DNA from: Bacillales bacterium
GTDB taxonomy: Bacteria; Bacillota_I; Bacilli_A; RF39; UBA660
Direction: 5' to 3'
Length of the DNA: 64,000 bases
Assembly: GCA_016282155.1 (NCBI GenBank)
Contig: JAEEJY010000020.1
Location: 1,183-65,182 of the forward strand
The translations under genes were made by a program, and so were the position numbers. Shown piece by piece: positions 9,556 to 19,720 of the stretch. Position 1 is the first letter of the stretch. Each line of letters begins with the position of its first letter. The notes beneath the pieces were generated by a model. The model had not been told where the DNA came from and made no database searches. It worked only from the letters and a program-made list of their open reading frames with translations.

Positions 9556-10983
9556 ATGAACAAAACAAAGATAATTGCAACAGTAGGTGTTAATAGTAGT
9601 GATAAAGAAACTATTAAAGAAATGATTAATGCCGGGGCTGATGTTCTTCGTATTAATTTAGAGCATACTAATGAAAAAAATTGTGTCGAAATAGTAAATA
9701 AGATTAATGCAATAAATGAAGAAATTGGTACGAATGTTGCCATTATGTTAGATACAAAGGGATCAATGGTTCGTACTGGTAAATTCTTAGGTGGCGAAGC
9801 AGAATTAGTAACGGGTACTAAGATAAGAATTTATATGGAAAAAATTGTTGGGGATTCTACTAAATTTTCTGTAACATACCCATCATTAATCGAAGAAATA
9901 AGTTATGATGCTATTATAAAAATAAATCAAGGACATATTGAACTTCGCGTAGAAGATAAAGGTAAAGAAGATGGTATCCCATATCTATTATGTGAAGTAT
10001 TAATTGGTGGAGTTGTAACTGATGATACTTGTCTTAATTTTCCAGAGACTAGATTAGAATTACCATTCTTAACAGCGGAAGATCGTAAGAGTATTGATTT
10101 AGCAAATAAGTTAAATGTTGATTTCCTAGCTTTATCATTTGTTGGTACGCATGATGATGTTCTTGAAATAAATGATTTATTAATTGATATGGGTAATAAT
10201 CATATCGGAATAATCGCTAAAATTGAAAACGAAAGAGCATTTGAAGATATAGATGAAATAATTAAAGTAGCTGATGGCGTAATGATTGCAAGAGGTGACT
10301 TAGGAAGTGAACTTCCAATGGAAAGAGTTCCTGGTATGCAAAAAGCAATTATTACTAAAGCTCATCTTGCTGGTAAAGTAAGTATTGTAGCTACAGAATT
10401 AATGGCTAGTATGGGTGAAGAATTAACTCCTACAAGAGCGGAAGTATCAGATGTAGCTAATGCTGTATTAGATGGAGCTGACGCTGTTATGTTAGCTGCG
10501 GAAACTACAATTGGTAAATATCCAACAGAAACAGTAGCAACTATGGATAAGATAATTGCAACAGCAGAACTAGATGTTGATTACTTTAATATGATGGATA
10601 GAGCTATGCGTACAGAATCAAAAGATACAACGGGAGTTCTAGCCCATAGTGTTGCTTACAATTCTAACTTATTAGATTGTAAAGCAATATTTGCACCAAC
10701 TATGTCTGGTTATACAGCAAGAAAAATAAGTCGTTTTAGACCAAGATGTCCTATTATTGCGGTAAGCCCTGATGTAAATACCGTAAGAAGCTTGGCATTA
10801 AATTTTGGTGTATATCCAGTATTAATAGATGAACTTAAAACATTAGAAAAAATAATAGATGTATCTAAAAAAATGGTTAAAGATGTAATTGATATTAACC
10901 AAGGAGATAAAATTATTATTACCGGAGGTTATCCATTTAAAGAAGTTAGACATACTAACTTTATGAAAATAGAAGAAATATAA
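9556..10983 (+). CDS. pyk: pyruvate kinase
   Basis: KIIATVG..., MLDTKG, IAKIENERA and MIARGDLG motifs. 475 aa. Confidence 0.95.
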   Translation: MNKTKIIATVGVNSSDKETIKEMINAGADVLRINLEHTNEKNCVEIVNKINAINEEIGTNVAIMLDTKGSMVRTGKFLGGEAELVTGTKIRIYMEKIVGDSTKFSVTYPSLIEEISYDAIIKINQGHIELRVEDKGKEDGIPYLLCEVLIGGVVTDDTCLNFPETRLELPFLTAEDRKSIDLANKLNVDFLALSFVGTHDDVLEINDLLIDMGNNHIGIIAKIENERAFEDIDEIIKVADGVMIARGDLGSELPMERVPGMQKAIITKAHLAGKVSIVATELMASMGEELTPTRAEVSDVANAVLDGADAVMLAAETTIGKYPTETVATMDKIIATAELDVDYFNMMDRAMRTESKDTTGVLAHSVAYNSNLLDCKAIFAPTMSGYTARKISRFRPRCPIIAVSPDVNTVRSLALNFGVYPVLIDELKTLEKIIDVSKKMVKDVIDINQGDKIIITGGYPFKEVRHTNFMKIEEI

Positions 10984-11007
10984 AAGAAATCTAAGAGGAG
11001 GGGTATT

Positions 11008-13416
11008 ATGTATAATTTAGGTGATCACTTTAAAATAGATAAAGAAGCTATTTTAGCTAATCCTGAATGTGTATATCAAGGTAGTAAGTATCGTATAACA
11101 GTACTTACTGAACGTTTAGTTCGTCTTGAATACAGTGAACAAGGTATATTTGAAGATCGTCCTAGTCAATTAGTTTTAAATCGTAATTTTCCTTCTCCTA
11201 AGTTTATGGTAAAAGAAGATGGAAAATACATTGAAATTAAGACATCTTATTTTACTTTATATTATACAAAGAATAAACCTTTCGCTGGTCCAACAATAGA
11301 CCGTGGAAAGAATTTAAGAATTGAAGTTAATGGTACTGAAAGATCTTGGCATTATATGCATCCAGAAGTTAGAAACTATGGAGCTCCTTATAAGACATTA
11401 GGTGAAAAAGATAAAGTTAAAGGTCTATATTCTATTGAAGGATTTGCTAGTATAAATGATTCTTATACTAAGTTATTTGAAGAATCGGGAGAATTAGTAG
11501 ATCGTACTATTAAAGAAACAGATTTATATGTATTCGTTTATATTAAAGACTTTGATAAAGCTTTACAAGATTACTTTAAACTAACAGGTAATCCAAGTTT
11601 AATACCTAGATTTGCTTTAGGTAACTGGTGGAATAAAAATGAATACTATAATGATTTACAGTTAAAAGATTTAATTACAAAATTTACAAGTAATGAAATA
11701 CCACTTTCAGTATTACTTCTAGATAAAGATTGGCATAAAAGAGTAGATGAAGGTAAGAAACATTTACAAACAGGTTTCACTTTTAATGAAGAATTATTTG
11801 CTAATCCGGGAGTAATGGTTAATTACTTACATTCTAAAGGTATTAGAGTAGGATTAACTCTTGATCCTAGTGAAGGTATATATCCTATTGAAAATAATTT
11901 TGAAGAAATGAAAAAATACTTAGAAGTTAATGATAAAGGAATTATTCCATTTAACATTTTATCTTCAAAATTCATTGATGTATATTTAAAATTAATTATT
12001 CATAATCTAGATAACTTTGGTATTGATTTCTATAAAGTAGATAGTGAAGATTTAAAGAAAAAAGAAGAAATGTTTGCTTTAAGACATTATCAATTTAATG
12101 ATATGAAAAGAAATTATCAACATCGTCCAATGATGTTAGCGTATAATTCGAATATCGCCCCACATAGATATACAGCTTTATACTCAGGTAAAACAATTGT
12201 ATCTTGGGACACATTAAAAGAAATCCCAATATTTAATAGTGAAGCGGCAAATAATGGAGTATCTTATTGGTGCCATGATATTGGTGGTTATTATAAAGGA
12301 ACTGAAGATCCTGAATTATTTATTCGTTTTGTAGAATTAGGTGTATTCTCTAGTATTATGAAACTAGGGGCAGATCAAGGTAAGTATTATAAAAGAGAGC
12401 CTTGGAAATGGAATATTAATACTAATTCAATAGTAACTAAATATATGCGCTTAAGACATAAATTAATCCCATATTTATATTCCGAAGCTTATAAATATAC
12501 GGAAGAGGGAATGCCTATTATAAGACCTTTATATTATAACTTCCCTGAGATGTATGATGATGATGCTTTCCGTAATGAATATTATTTTGGTGGCGAAATG
12601 TTTGTTGCTCCAATCATTCATAAGAAAGATCCGGTAATGAACCGTGTTATTCATAAATTCTATATTCCGGAAGGAACATGGTATGATACAACTACTGGAA
12701 AGAAATTCCCGGGAGGAAGAAGCTATATATCTTTCTTTAGGGATGAAGATTACCCAGTTTTTGCAAGAGCGGGAGCTATTATTCCATTAACAAATATAGA
12801 TCGTTTAATGAATATTAATGATACAAATCCACCTAAAGATTTGGAAGTAGATATTTATCCTGGAAGATCAAATACATATCGATTATATGAAGATGATGGG
12901 GTAAGTAGTTTATATAAGAAAGGTTACTATTTACTTTCAACTATTGATTATAATTATTTACCAAATAATTATACAGTTATCTTTAGAGCGATTGAAGGTA
13001 AAAGTGGAATTGTTCCTGAAAAACGTAATTATAAAATTAGATTTAAAAATACTAAGAAAGCAGATGATGTAGTAGCGTACTTTAATAATACACCAGTACC
13101 TCATGAAGCTTACTTAGATGGAACAGACTTTATAGTTGAAGTTAAAGAGGTTAATACAATCGGTCAGTTAACTATTAACTGTAAGGGTAAAGATATTGAA
13201 ATAGATGCTGTTAGAGTTATTAATGAAGATATTGAAAATATCTTAACAGATCTAGAAATTGAAACTGAATTGAAAGAAGATATTGATAGTATCTTATTTA
13301 GTGATTTACCAATTAATAAACGTAAGATAGCGTTAACTAAACTTCGTAAGAAGAAACTTGATTCTAAGTATATACGTTTATTTAAAAACTTATTAAATTA
13401 TATTGATCAAGTATAG
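11008..13416 (+). CDS. glycoside hydrolase family 31 (alpha-glucosidase/alpha-xylosidase-like)
   Basis: GH31-type catalytic regions (GIDFYKVDSE nucleophile context, YWCHDIGGYY). 802 aa. No signal peptide. Confidence 0.8.
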   Translation: MYNLGDHFKIDKEAILANPECVYQGSKYRITVLTERLVRLEYSEQGIFEDRPSQLVLNRNFPSPKFMVKEDGKYIEIKTSYFTLYYTKNKPFAGPTIDRGKNLRIEVNGTERSWHYMHPEVRNYGAPYKTLGEKDKVKGLYSIEGFASINDSYTKLFEESGELVDRTIKETDLYVFVYIKDFDKALQDYFKLTGNPSLIPRFALGNWWNKNEYYNDLQLKDLITKFTSNEIPLSVLLLDKDWHKRVDEGKKHLQTGFTFNEELFANPGVMVNYLHSKGIRVGLTLDPSEGIYPIENNFEEMKKYLEVNDKGIIPFNILSSKFIDVYLKLIIHNLDNFGIDFYKVDSEDLKKKEEMFALRHYQFNDMKRNYQHRPMMLAYNSNIAPHRYTALYSGKTIVSWDTLKEIPIFNSEAANNGVSYWCHDIGGYYKGTEDPELFIRFVELGVFSSIMKLGADQGKYYKREPWKWNINTNSIVTKYMRLRHKLIPYLYSEAYKYTEEGMPIIRPLYYNFPEMYDDDAFRNEYYFGGEMFVAPIIHKKDPVMNRVIHKFYIPEGTWYDTTTGKKFPGGRSYISFFRDEDYPVFARAGAIIPLTNIDRLMNINDTNPPKDLEVDIYPGRSNTYRLYEDDGVSSLYKKGYYLLSTIDYNYLPNNYTVIFRAIEGKSGIVPEKRNYKIRFKNTKKADDVVAYFNNTPVPHEAYLDGTDFIVEVKEVNTIGQLTINCKGKDIEIDAVRVINEDIENILTDLEIETELKEDIDSILFSDLPINKRKIALTKLRKKKLDSKYIRLFKNLLNYIDQV

Positions 13417-13424
13417 GAGGATAT

Positions 13425-13820
13425 ATGAAAAAAGGTTTTACATTAATTGAATTACTTGCGGTAATATTAATATTAGGAATTATAGCTTTAATTGCTATAC
13501 CTGTTGTTAATAATATTATTGAAGAGTCTCGTACTGGGGCTGTAAGTAGAAGTGCTGAGAATTATATTAAAGCAGTAGAACAACAAGTTGTAACAAGTAG
13601 AATGAAAGATACTGGTATTGAAGATGGGGAATACACAGTAGCGGAATTAAATGTTCTTGGAGTTAAAGTAAAAGGAACTACTCCAGATAGTGGAACTGTT
13701 ACTATTGCGGATGCAAGTGTAACTCAAGCATCTCTTTTATATAATGATTATCGTTATGTATTTATTAATAATCAAGCTAATGTTGTAAAAGTAAATCGCG
13801 AAAATAATGGTAGAGATTAA
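13425..13820 (+). CDS. prepilin-type N-terminal cleavage/methylation domain protein (pseudopilin-like), copy 2
   Basis: MKKGFTLIELLAVILILGIIALIAIPVV N-terminus. SD GGAGGA upstream. Confidence 0.8.
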   Translation: MKKGFTLIELLAVILILGIIALIAIPVVNNIIEESRTGAVSRSAENYIKAVEQQVVTSRMKDTGIEDGEYTVAELNVLGVKVKGTTPDSGTVTIADASVTQASLLYNDYRYVFINNQANVVKVNRENNGRD

Positions 13821-13826
13821 GATTAG

Positions 13827-13853
13827 AAGATTTAGGAAACTAAGTCTTTTTTT
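13827..13853 (+). terminator. rho-independent terminator
   Basis: A 9-bp stem (aagatttag / ctaagtctt, one G-U pair), GAAA loop, then a T-run. Confidence 0.6.
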
Positions 13854-13854
13854 C

Positions 13855-13883
13855 TTGTATTTTTTGGTTTTTTGGTATATAAT
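13855..13883 (+). promoter_or_regulatory. promoter of the T-box/leuS transcript, TTGTAT-17-TATAAT
   Basis: TTGTAT at 13855-13860 and TATAAT at 13878-13883, with 17-nt spacing. Confidence 0.5.
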
Positions 13884-13892
13884 CTAACTATA

Positions 13893-14091
13893 TTGTGAAA
13901 GACGAAGAAGAAAAGTAGTAGTAAATAGATACTATGTAGAGAGAATATGGTTGGTGAAAATATTCTAGTTATATTTATGAACTTGTTTTGGAGTTGGTAT
14001 CCGGTAACGCGTTATAGTTTCAAGAGCATAAGTATTATGAAGTAAGGTGGTACCGCGATAATTCGTCCTTACATATAATGCTTTTTTTTTG
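13893..14091 (+). promoter_or_regulatory. T-box leader riboswitch, presumably Leu-specific
   Basis: AGAGAG bay (13937-13942), distal-loop GGTTGGTGAAA, and the conserved T-box sequence AGGTGGTACCGCG (14045-14057). A terminator stem (gcat..gtaagg / ccttac..atgc) is followed by T9 (14082-14090). Located upstream of leuS. Leu codons CTA (13965-13967) and TTA (13969-13971, 13975-13977) lie in the expected specifier region, but I cannot assign the specifier with certainty. Confidence 0.85.
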
Positions 14092-14099
14092 GAGGATTT

Positions 14100-14450
14100 A
14101 TGAAAGAAGTTTATGTAGGAATAATTATTTGTTTTATTATTTATTTAAGTTATTTATTATTTGTTGTAATATCAAAAAGACATTTAAATAAATATATTAA
14201 AAAGTCTAGAGAAGTAAATATTGTTAAGAAAAGATATGACCTTAATATGGATAAACTAAGTCCTAAGTTTGTAGCGAATATCTTTGGTTTAGGTAATGGT
14301 ATTGTAATAGGAATAACTTATATAATTGTAATGGGATTAATGCATAATTTTATAATAAGACTAGTAAGTGCGTTATTTATATTTGTAATTTTAATGTTAA
14401 TTGAATATATGTTAATAGGAAAAATACTTAAGAGAAAAGAGGCAAAATAA
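14100..14450 (+). CDS. small polytopic membrane protein (116 aa), unknown function
   Basis: SD GGAGGA upstream. Three hydrophobic segments. TAATG overlap with leuS. Lies between the T-box leader and leuS. Confidence 0.6.
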   Translation: MKEVYVGIIICFIIYLSYLLFVVISKRHLNKYIKKSREVNIVKKRYDLNMDKLSPKFVANIFGLGNGIVIGITYIIVMGLMHNFIIRLVSALFIFVILMLIEYMLIGKILKRKEAK

Positions 14451-16870
14451 TGGAATATAATTTTAGAGAAATAGAAAAGAAATGGCAAGATTTTTGGTTT
14501 GATAATAATATTTTTAAAACTGATACAAGTGATTTTAGTAAACCTAAGTTTTACGCTCTTGATATGTTTCCATATCCATCAGGTGTAGGACTACATGCAG
14601 GACATCCTGAAGGATATACAGCTACTGATGTAGTATCAAGAATGAAACGTATGCAAGGATTTAACGTATTACATCCAATGGGATTTGATTCGTTTGGTTT
14701 ACCTGCTGAACAATATGCTATTAATACAGGAAACCATCCAGCAGGATTTACAGAGAAGAATATTGAAACATTTAGAAATCAATTAAAAATGTGTGGTTTT
14801 TCATATGATTGGGATAGAGAATTCTCAACTAGTGATCCAAGTTACTATAAATGGACACAATGGATTTTTAAAAAATTATATGAAGATGGTTATGCTAAAT
14901 GTATTGATATGCCAGTAAACTGGTGTGAAGAATTAGGTACAGTTTTAGCTAATGATGAAGTTATTGATGGTAAGAGTGAACGTGGAGGATTCCCAGTAAT
15001 CCGTAAAAATATGAAACAATGGGTTATTGATATCCCAGCTTTTGCTGAGAAACTTCTTGATGGTTTAAATGATTTAGACTGGCCAGAATCAACTAAGGAA
15101 ATCCAAAGAAATTGGATTGGTAAATCTACCGGAGTAGAAGTAGAATTTGAAATTAAAGATGGAGGTAAATTCTCTATCTATACAACTTGTATTGAAACTA
15201 TTTATGGTATTACATTTATGGTTTTAGCTCCAGAAAATAAAGTTGTTGATGAACTTAAAGATCGTATTAAAAACTGGGATGAAGTAGTTAAATATCGTGC
15301 TGAAGTTGCGAAGATGTCTGATATGGATAGAACTGAACTTAATAAAGGTAAATCAGGTTTAAGACTAGAAGGAATTAAAGCTATTAATCCAGTTAACGGT
15401 CGTGAAGTAGAAGTATTCTTAGGAGACTTCGTACTTGCTTCTTATGGAACTGGTGCTGTTATGGCAGTTCCAAGTCATGACGAGAGAGACTTTGAATATG
15501 CAACTGAACATAAAATAGATATGATTCAAGTAATTGATGGTGCTGATGTATCTGAACATGCTTTTGAAAAACAAGATTATTTAGGTAAAGGATGCAGATT
15601 AATTAATAGTGAAGAATTTACGGGTTTAACAGTAGAGGAAGCTAAAAAAGCAATTACTGAAAAACTTGTTAAGATGGGTGTTGCGAAAGAAAAAACTAAT
15701 TATCGTTTGAGAGAATGGATTTTTGCAAGACAAAGATATTGGGGAGAACCAATTCCAATTATTCATTTAGAAGATGGTAGAGATATAGTTTTAAGTGATA
15801 GTGAACTTCCATTAGTACTTCCAGAACTTGAAGACTATAAAGGAAAGAATGGTAAAGCACCTCTAGAAAACGCAACTGATTGGGTTAATGTTAATATTGA
15901 TGGTGTTAATGGTAAAAGAGAAACTTCAACAATGCCAGGTAGTGCTGGATCAAGTTGGTATTTCTTAAGATATATTGATCCACATAATGATAAAGCTTTT
16001 GCTGATCAAGAATTATTAAAACACTGGATGCCAGTTGATTTATATGTAGGTGGACCAGAACATGCAGTAGGACACTTATTATATTCAAGAATGTGGAATA
16101 ATTACTTATATGATAAAGGATTATCTCCAGTTGCTGAACCATTTAAAAAATTAGTTCACCAAGGAATGATCCTAGGATCTAATGGTATTAAAATGGGTAA
16201 ACGTTTCCCAGAATTTGTAGTTAATCCAGTAGATATTATTAAGGAATATGGCGCAGATACACTTCGTCTATATGAAATGTTTATGGGACCTCTAGAAGCT
16301 GATAAACCATGGAATAATGAAGCTGTTGTTGGTTCTAAGAAATTCCTAGATCGTATTTGGCGTATGTATACTGAAGGAACAATTACTATTACTGATTCAG
16401 ATAATTTAGATAAAATATATAATCAAACAGTTAAGAAAGTAACTGAAGATTATGAATCACTTAATATTAATACAGGTATTTCACAAATGATGATTTTTGT
16501 TAATGCAGTTTATAAAGAAGGTAATATTTCTAAAGAACATGCTGAAGGATTTATTAAAATCTTAAATCCATTATGTCCACATATTACAGAAGAATTATGG
16601 CATGAAGTATTTAAGAAAGATACTACTTTAACATATGAAGCATGGCCTACATATGATGAAAGTAAAATGGTTGAAGATACATATACTATGATTGTTCAAG
16701 TAAATGGAAAAGTAAGAGGTAAGATTGAAGTAGGAACAAGTACAACAGATGAAGAAATGAAAACTCTTGCTAAAGAAATTGATAATGTTAAAAACTTTAT
16801 TGAAGGACATGAAATTGTTAAAGAAATAGTAGTACCTAAAAAACTTGTTAATATTGTAGTAAAAGGATAG
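14450..16870 (+). CDS. leuS: leucine--tRNA ligase
   Basis: Class I aaRS with a HAGH (HIGH-type) motif and a KMGKR (KMSKS-type) motif. Full-length 806-aa LeuRS pattern including the CP1 editing domain. Confidence 0.97.
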   Translation: MEYNFREIEKKWQDFWFDNNIFKTDTSDFSKPKFYALDMFPYPSGVGLHAGHPEGYTATDVVSRMKRMQGFNVLHPMGFDSFGLPAEQYAINTGNHPAGFTEKNIETFRNQLKMCGFSYDWDREFSTSDPSYYKWTQWIFKKLYEDGYAKCIDMPVNWCEELGTVLANDEVIDGKSERGGFPVIRKNMKQWVIDIPAFAEKLLDGLNDLDWPESTKEIQRNWIGKSTGVEVEFEIKDGGKFSIYTTCIETIYGITFMVLAPENKVVDELKDRIKNWDEVVKYRAEVAKMSDMDRTELNKGKSGLRLEGIKAINPVNGREVEVFLGDFVLASYGTGAVMAVPSHDERDFEYATEHKIDMIQVIDGADVSEHAFEKQDYLGKGCRLINSEEFTGLTVEEAKKAITEKLVKMGVAKEKTNYRLREWIFARQRYWGEPIPIIHLEDGRDIVLSDSELPLVLPELEDYKGKNGKAPLENATDWVNVNIDGVNGKRETSTMPGSAGSSWYFLRYIDPHNDKAFADQELLKHWMPVDLYVGGPEHAVGHLLYSRMWNNYLYDKGLSPVAEPFKKLVHQGMILGSNGIKMGKRFPEFVVNPVDIIKEYGADTLRLYEMFMGPLEADKPWNNEAVVGSKKFLDRIWRMYTEGTITITDSDNLDKIYNQTVKKVTEDYESLNINTGISQMMIFVNAVYKEGNISKEHAEGFIKILNPLCPHITEELWHEVFKKDTTLTYEAWPTYDESKMVEDTYTMIVQVNGKVRGKIEVGTSTTDEEMKTLAKEIDNVKNFIEGHEIVKEIVVPKKLVNIVVKG

Positions 16871-16897
16871 TCATGCTATCCTTTTTTTGTTATAATA
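16858..16897 (+). repeat. direct repeat copy 1 (terminator hairpin plus TGTTATAAT module)
   Basis: agtaaaaggatag-tcatg-ctatcctttttttgttataata. It is 35/40 identical to 18261-18300, and all 5 differences fall in the hairpin loop. Confidence 0.9.
16861..16888 (+). terminator. rho-independent terminator of leuS
   Basis: 10-bp stem aaaaggatag / ctatcctttt, 5-nt loop, T-run. Confidence 0.8.
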
Positions 16898-16921
16898 AAC
16901 AATTAAGAAAAGAGGAATATC

Positions 16922-18265
16922 GTGATTGCAATAAGTAGTAGAGAAAAAGAAATGTATGGTTGTCCTTACTGTGGATGTGAAATAGCTTTAACTAAAGGAA
17001 GTTATGGATGTGGAACACTTCCTGTTGTATGTATTGAATGTGAAAAAGATTTTGTTATTTTAGCGGATGGATTAACAAAATCAAACATAGGTTTTGGAAC
17101 AGGCAAAGTTGATGCAAACGGAAAAACTATTTATGAGTATCCAGAACTAAGTGCTCATCCTCGTAAAGGAATTCCAAGCCATAAATATGTTGAAAAAGAT
17201 GTTAAACCTGAATATGGGGATTACTGTTCACCAAGAGGTGTAGGTTATGATTTAGCTTGTTTTGTTAAAACTAAAATAGCAGGCGAAAGAATAACAACAA
17301 TGATGGAAGAATATAAAGATAGAGGAATATCATGTCGACTTGATTATCGCCCTAATGAACCAAAATGGATTCAAGTAAAATTTTCAGCTAGAGAAGAAGC
17401 AAGAGAATACTTCTTAGATGGTAAATTAAGAGAAAATAATTCTATAATAACAAAAGAATTAGTTGAAGAAGTAGTTACTATGCCTATTAACTATACAAAT
17501 AAAAATAAGTACTGTCGTGGATTTAATTTTGCAAGTTGGTATGATTTAAAATATGCTTTAGAAGATTATAATAATGTAAAAGAAAATAAACCTTTTAGTA
17601 TGAATGATATTATTAGAAGAGATCCAATGGATTTCTATCAAAGACTAGGTTTATACTTTACAATTGATATCTTTAAAAATAAAGATGAATATAGTAATTG
17701 TAAATTATTAAGTTCATATTTAAGTGGTACTAATGATGAATATAGTTATTCAAGTAGTAAAGATATTAATAGTCAATTAAAGAATTTAATCGATTTATAT
17801 AATGAAGAATTTAATACCCAAATTAAATATGAGGAAAAATGTCGTTTCAATATTTACCGTAATTTTGATCATACTGATTATCGTTCAATCTTTAGTGATG
17901 TTGAATTTATTAAGTCTGCATTACGTAAACTTGATTATAGTGAAATAGAAAAACTATTAAGTGTATATCACTCTGATAATGAAGAAGAACTTAATAGAAT
18001 TATAGAAGATGTAGATGTTAATAAGGTATACCCATTATTTACTTTATTTGGTCTTTTATCAAAGTTAACTAAACGTGATGCGATAAATGCTGATAGTGTT
18101 ATGACTAATCAATTTAATGCTAGACAAGATTTAGAATTATTAGCTCATGTTGCCAATGTTCAAATTGAAAATAATCTATATCAAGAAGTGTTTGATATGA
18201 TTAAAGATAAATTAGAAAAATATCGTAAACCTGAAGAAAAAGCAAAACAAAATATAATTAAGTAA
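16922..18265 (+). CDS. hypothetical protein with an N-terminal CxxC...CxxC zinc-ribbon
   Basis: GTG start 5 nt after SD AGAGGA. CPYCGC...CIEC within the first 41 aa. I recognise no other family signature. 447 aa. Confidence 0.6.
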   Translation: MIAISSREKEMYGCPYCGCEIALTKGSYGCGTLPVVCIECEKDFVILADGLTKSNIGFGTGKVDANGKTIYEYPELSAHPRKGIPSHKYVEKDVKPEYGDYCSPRGVGYDLACFVKTKIAGERITTMMEEYKDRGISCRLDYRPNEPKWIQVKFSAREEAREYFLDGKLRENNSIITKELVEEVVTMPINYTNKNKYCRGFNFASWYDLKYALEDYNNVKENKPFSMNDIIRRDPMDFYQRLGLYFTIDIFKNKDEYSNCKLLSSYLSGTNDEYSYSSSKDINSQLKNLIDLYNEEFNTQIKYEEKCRFNIYRNFDHTDYRSIFSDVEFIKSALRKLDYSEIEKLLSVYHSDNEEELNRIIEDVDVNKVYPLFTLFGLLSKLTKRDAINADSVMTNQFNARQDLELLAHVANVQIENNLYQEVFDMIKDKLEKYRKPEEKAKQNIIK

Positions 18266-18300
18266 AAGGATAGAATAACTATCCTTTTTTTGTTATAATA
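18261..18300 (+). repeat. direct repeat copy 2 (terminator hairpin plus TGTTATAAT module)
   Basis: agtaaaaggatag-aataa-ctatcctttttttgttataata. See copy 1 at 16858-16897. Confidence 0.9.
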
Positions 18301-18325
18301 TATATGGGAAACTAGGAGGGTAATT

Positions 18326-19720
18326 ATGCATGATGTAGTTATAATAGGTGCAGGTCCAGCCGGATTATTTGCAGCTTACGAACTTAAAAAGAATAATAAG
18401 GGTATTGATGTAGCTATTATTGAAAGAGGCTCACTAGCGGATAAAAGAGTTTGTCCAATGTCAAAGACAGGATGTGAATGTAAAAACTGTAAGCCTTGTG
18501 CTATACTATCAGGCTTTGGTGGTGCAGGAACATTTTCGGATGGTAAATTAAATTTTATACCTAAATTAGGTAAATCAGATTTATTTAAGTATATGTCTAA
18601 GACAGAAGCTTATAAGTTAATTGATGATACTGAAGCAATCTTTAATGAATTTAAAATGGATGCTAAAGTATATCCAACTAATATGGATGAAGCTTTAGAA
18701 ATAAAAAAAGATATTGCTAAGACAGGCGCAGAATTATTAATTATTAAGCAAAAACATTTAGGTAGTGATCACTTACCTACATATATTCAAGATATGACTA
18801 ATTACTTAGTTAGTTTAGGAGTAACTATGTATCCTAACTGTGATGTTTTAGATATTACTAAAAATAAAAATAACTATGATGTTATCTATAAAAAAGGATC
18901 TAAAGAAAATAAAATTAGTGCTAAATATATAATCGCCGCTCCAGGAAGAACTGGTGCTAAATGGGTTCAACAAATCGCCGAAGAATTTAATATCCCATAT
19001 AATAGCCAAAGTATTGAAATAGGGGTTCGTGTTGAATGTCGTAAAGAAATTCTTGAAGATATTACTAACGTAATATATGATCCAACTATCTTTATTAAGA
19101 CAGATACATACTCTGATGAGATAAGAACTTTCTGTACAAATCCAGGTGGTTTTGTAGCTAAAGAAAACTATGAAGGATATATCTGCGTTAATGGACATGC
19201 TTTGAAAGATATTAAGAGTAATAATTCAAATTTTGCTTTTATTTCAAAAGTTAATTTAACACATCCAACAACTAATACTAGAGATTACGGTGAATCAATT
19301 GCTCATATCGCAAGTGTCTTAGGATCTGGTAAACCTATTGTACAAACTTTAAAAGATTTAAGACAAGGTAGAAGAAGTGAGTGGCATCGTATTGATAAAG
19401 GTTTTGTAGAACCAACTTTAAAAGATTGCGTAGCAGGAGATTTAGCTTTAGTTTTACCACATCGTATAATTACAAACATCTTAGAAGGACTTGCTAAACT
19501 AGATAAAATTATTCCGGGAGTTAATAATGATGAAACATTATTATATGGACCAGAAATAAAATTCTTTAGTAATGAAATTGAAACAGATAAAGAATTTAAA
19601 CTTGCTAACGAAAATATTTATTTTGTTGGTGATGGTGCTGGTAAAGCAGGTAACATTGTTACTGCTGCCGCAACAGGTTTAGTATCCGCAAGGAGTATTT
19701 TAAAAAAATATGAAAACTAA
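18326..19720 (+). CDS. FAD/NAD(P)-binding oxidoreductase (COG2509-like)
   Basis: N-terminal VVIIGAGPAGLFAA dinucleotide-binding motif. C-terminal FVGDGAGKAGNIVTAA motif. Confidence 0.75.
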   Translation: MHDVVIIGAGPAGLFAAYELKKNNKGIDVAIIERGSLADKRVCPMSKTGCECKNCKPCAILSGFGGAGTFSDGKLNFIPKLGKSDLFKYMSKTEAYKLIDDTEAIFNEFKMDAKVYPTNMDEALEIKKDIAKTGAELLIIKQKHLGSDHLPTYIQDMTNYLVSLGVTMYPNCDVLDITKNKNNYDVIYKKGSKENKISAKYIIAAPGRTGAKWVQQIAEEFNIPYNSQSIEIGVRVECRKEILEDITNVIYDPTIFIKTDTYSDEIRTFCTNPGGFVAKENYEGYICVNGHALKDIKSNNSNFAFISKVNLTHPTTNTRDYGESIAHIASVLGSGKPIVQTLKDLRQGRRSEWHRIDKGFVEPTLKDCVAGDLALVLPHRIITNILEGLAKLDKIIPGVNNDETLLYGPEIKFFSNEIETDKEFKLANENIYFVGDGAGKAGNIVTAAATGLVSARSILKKYEN

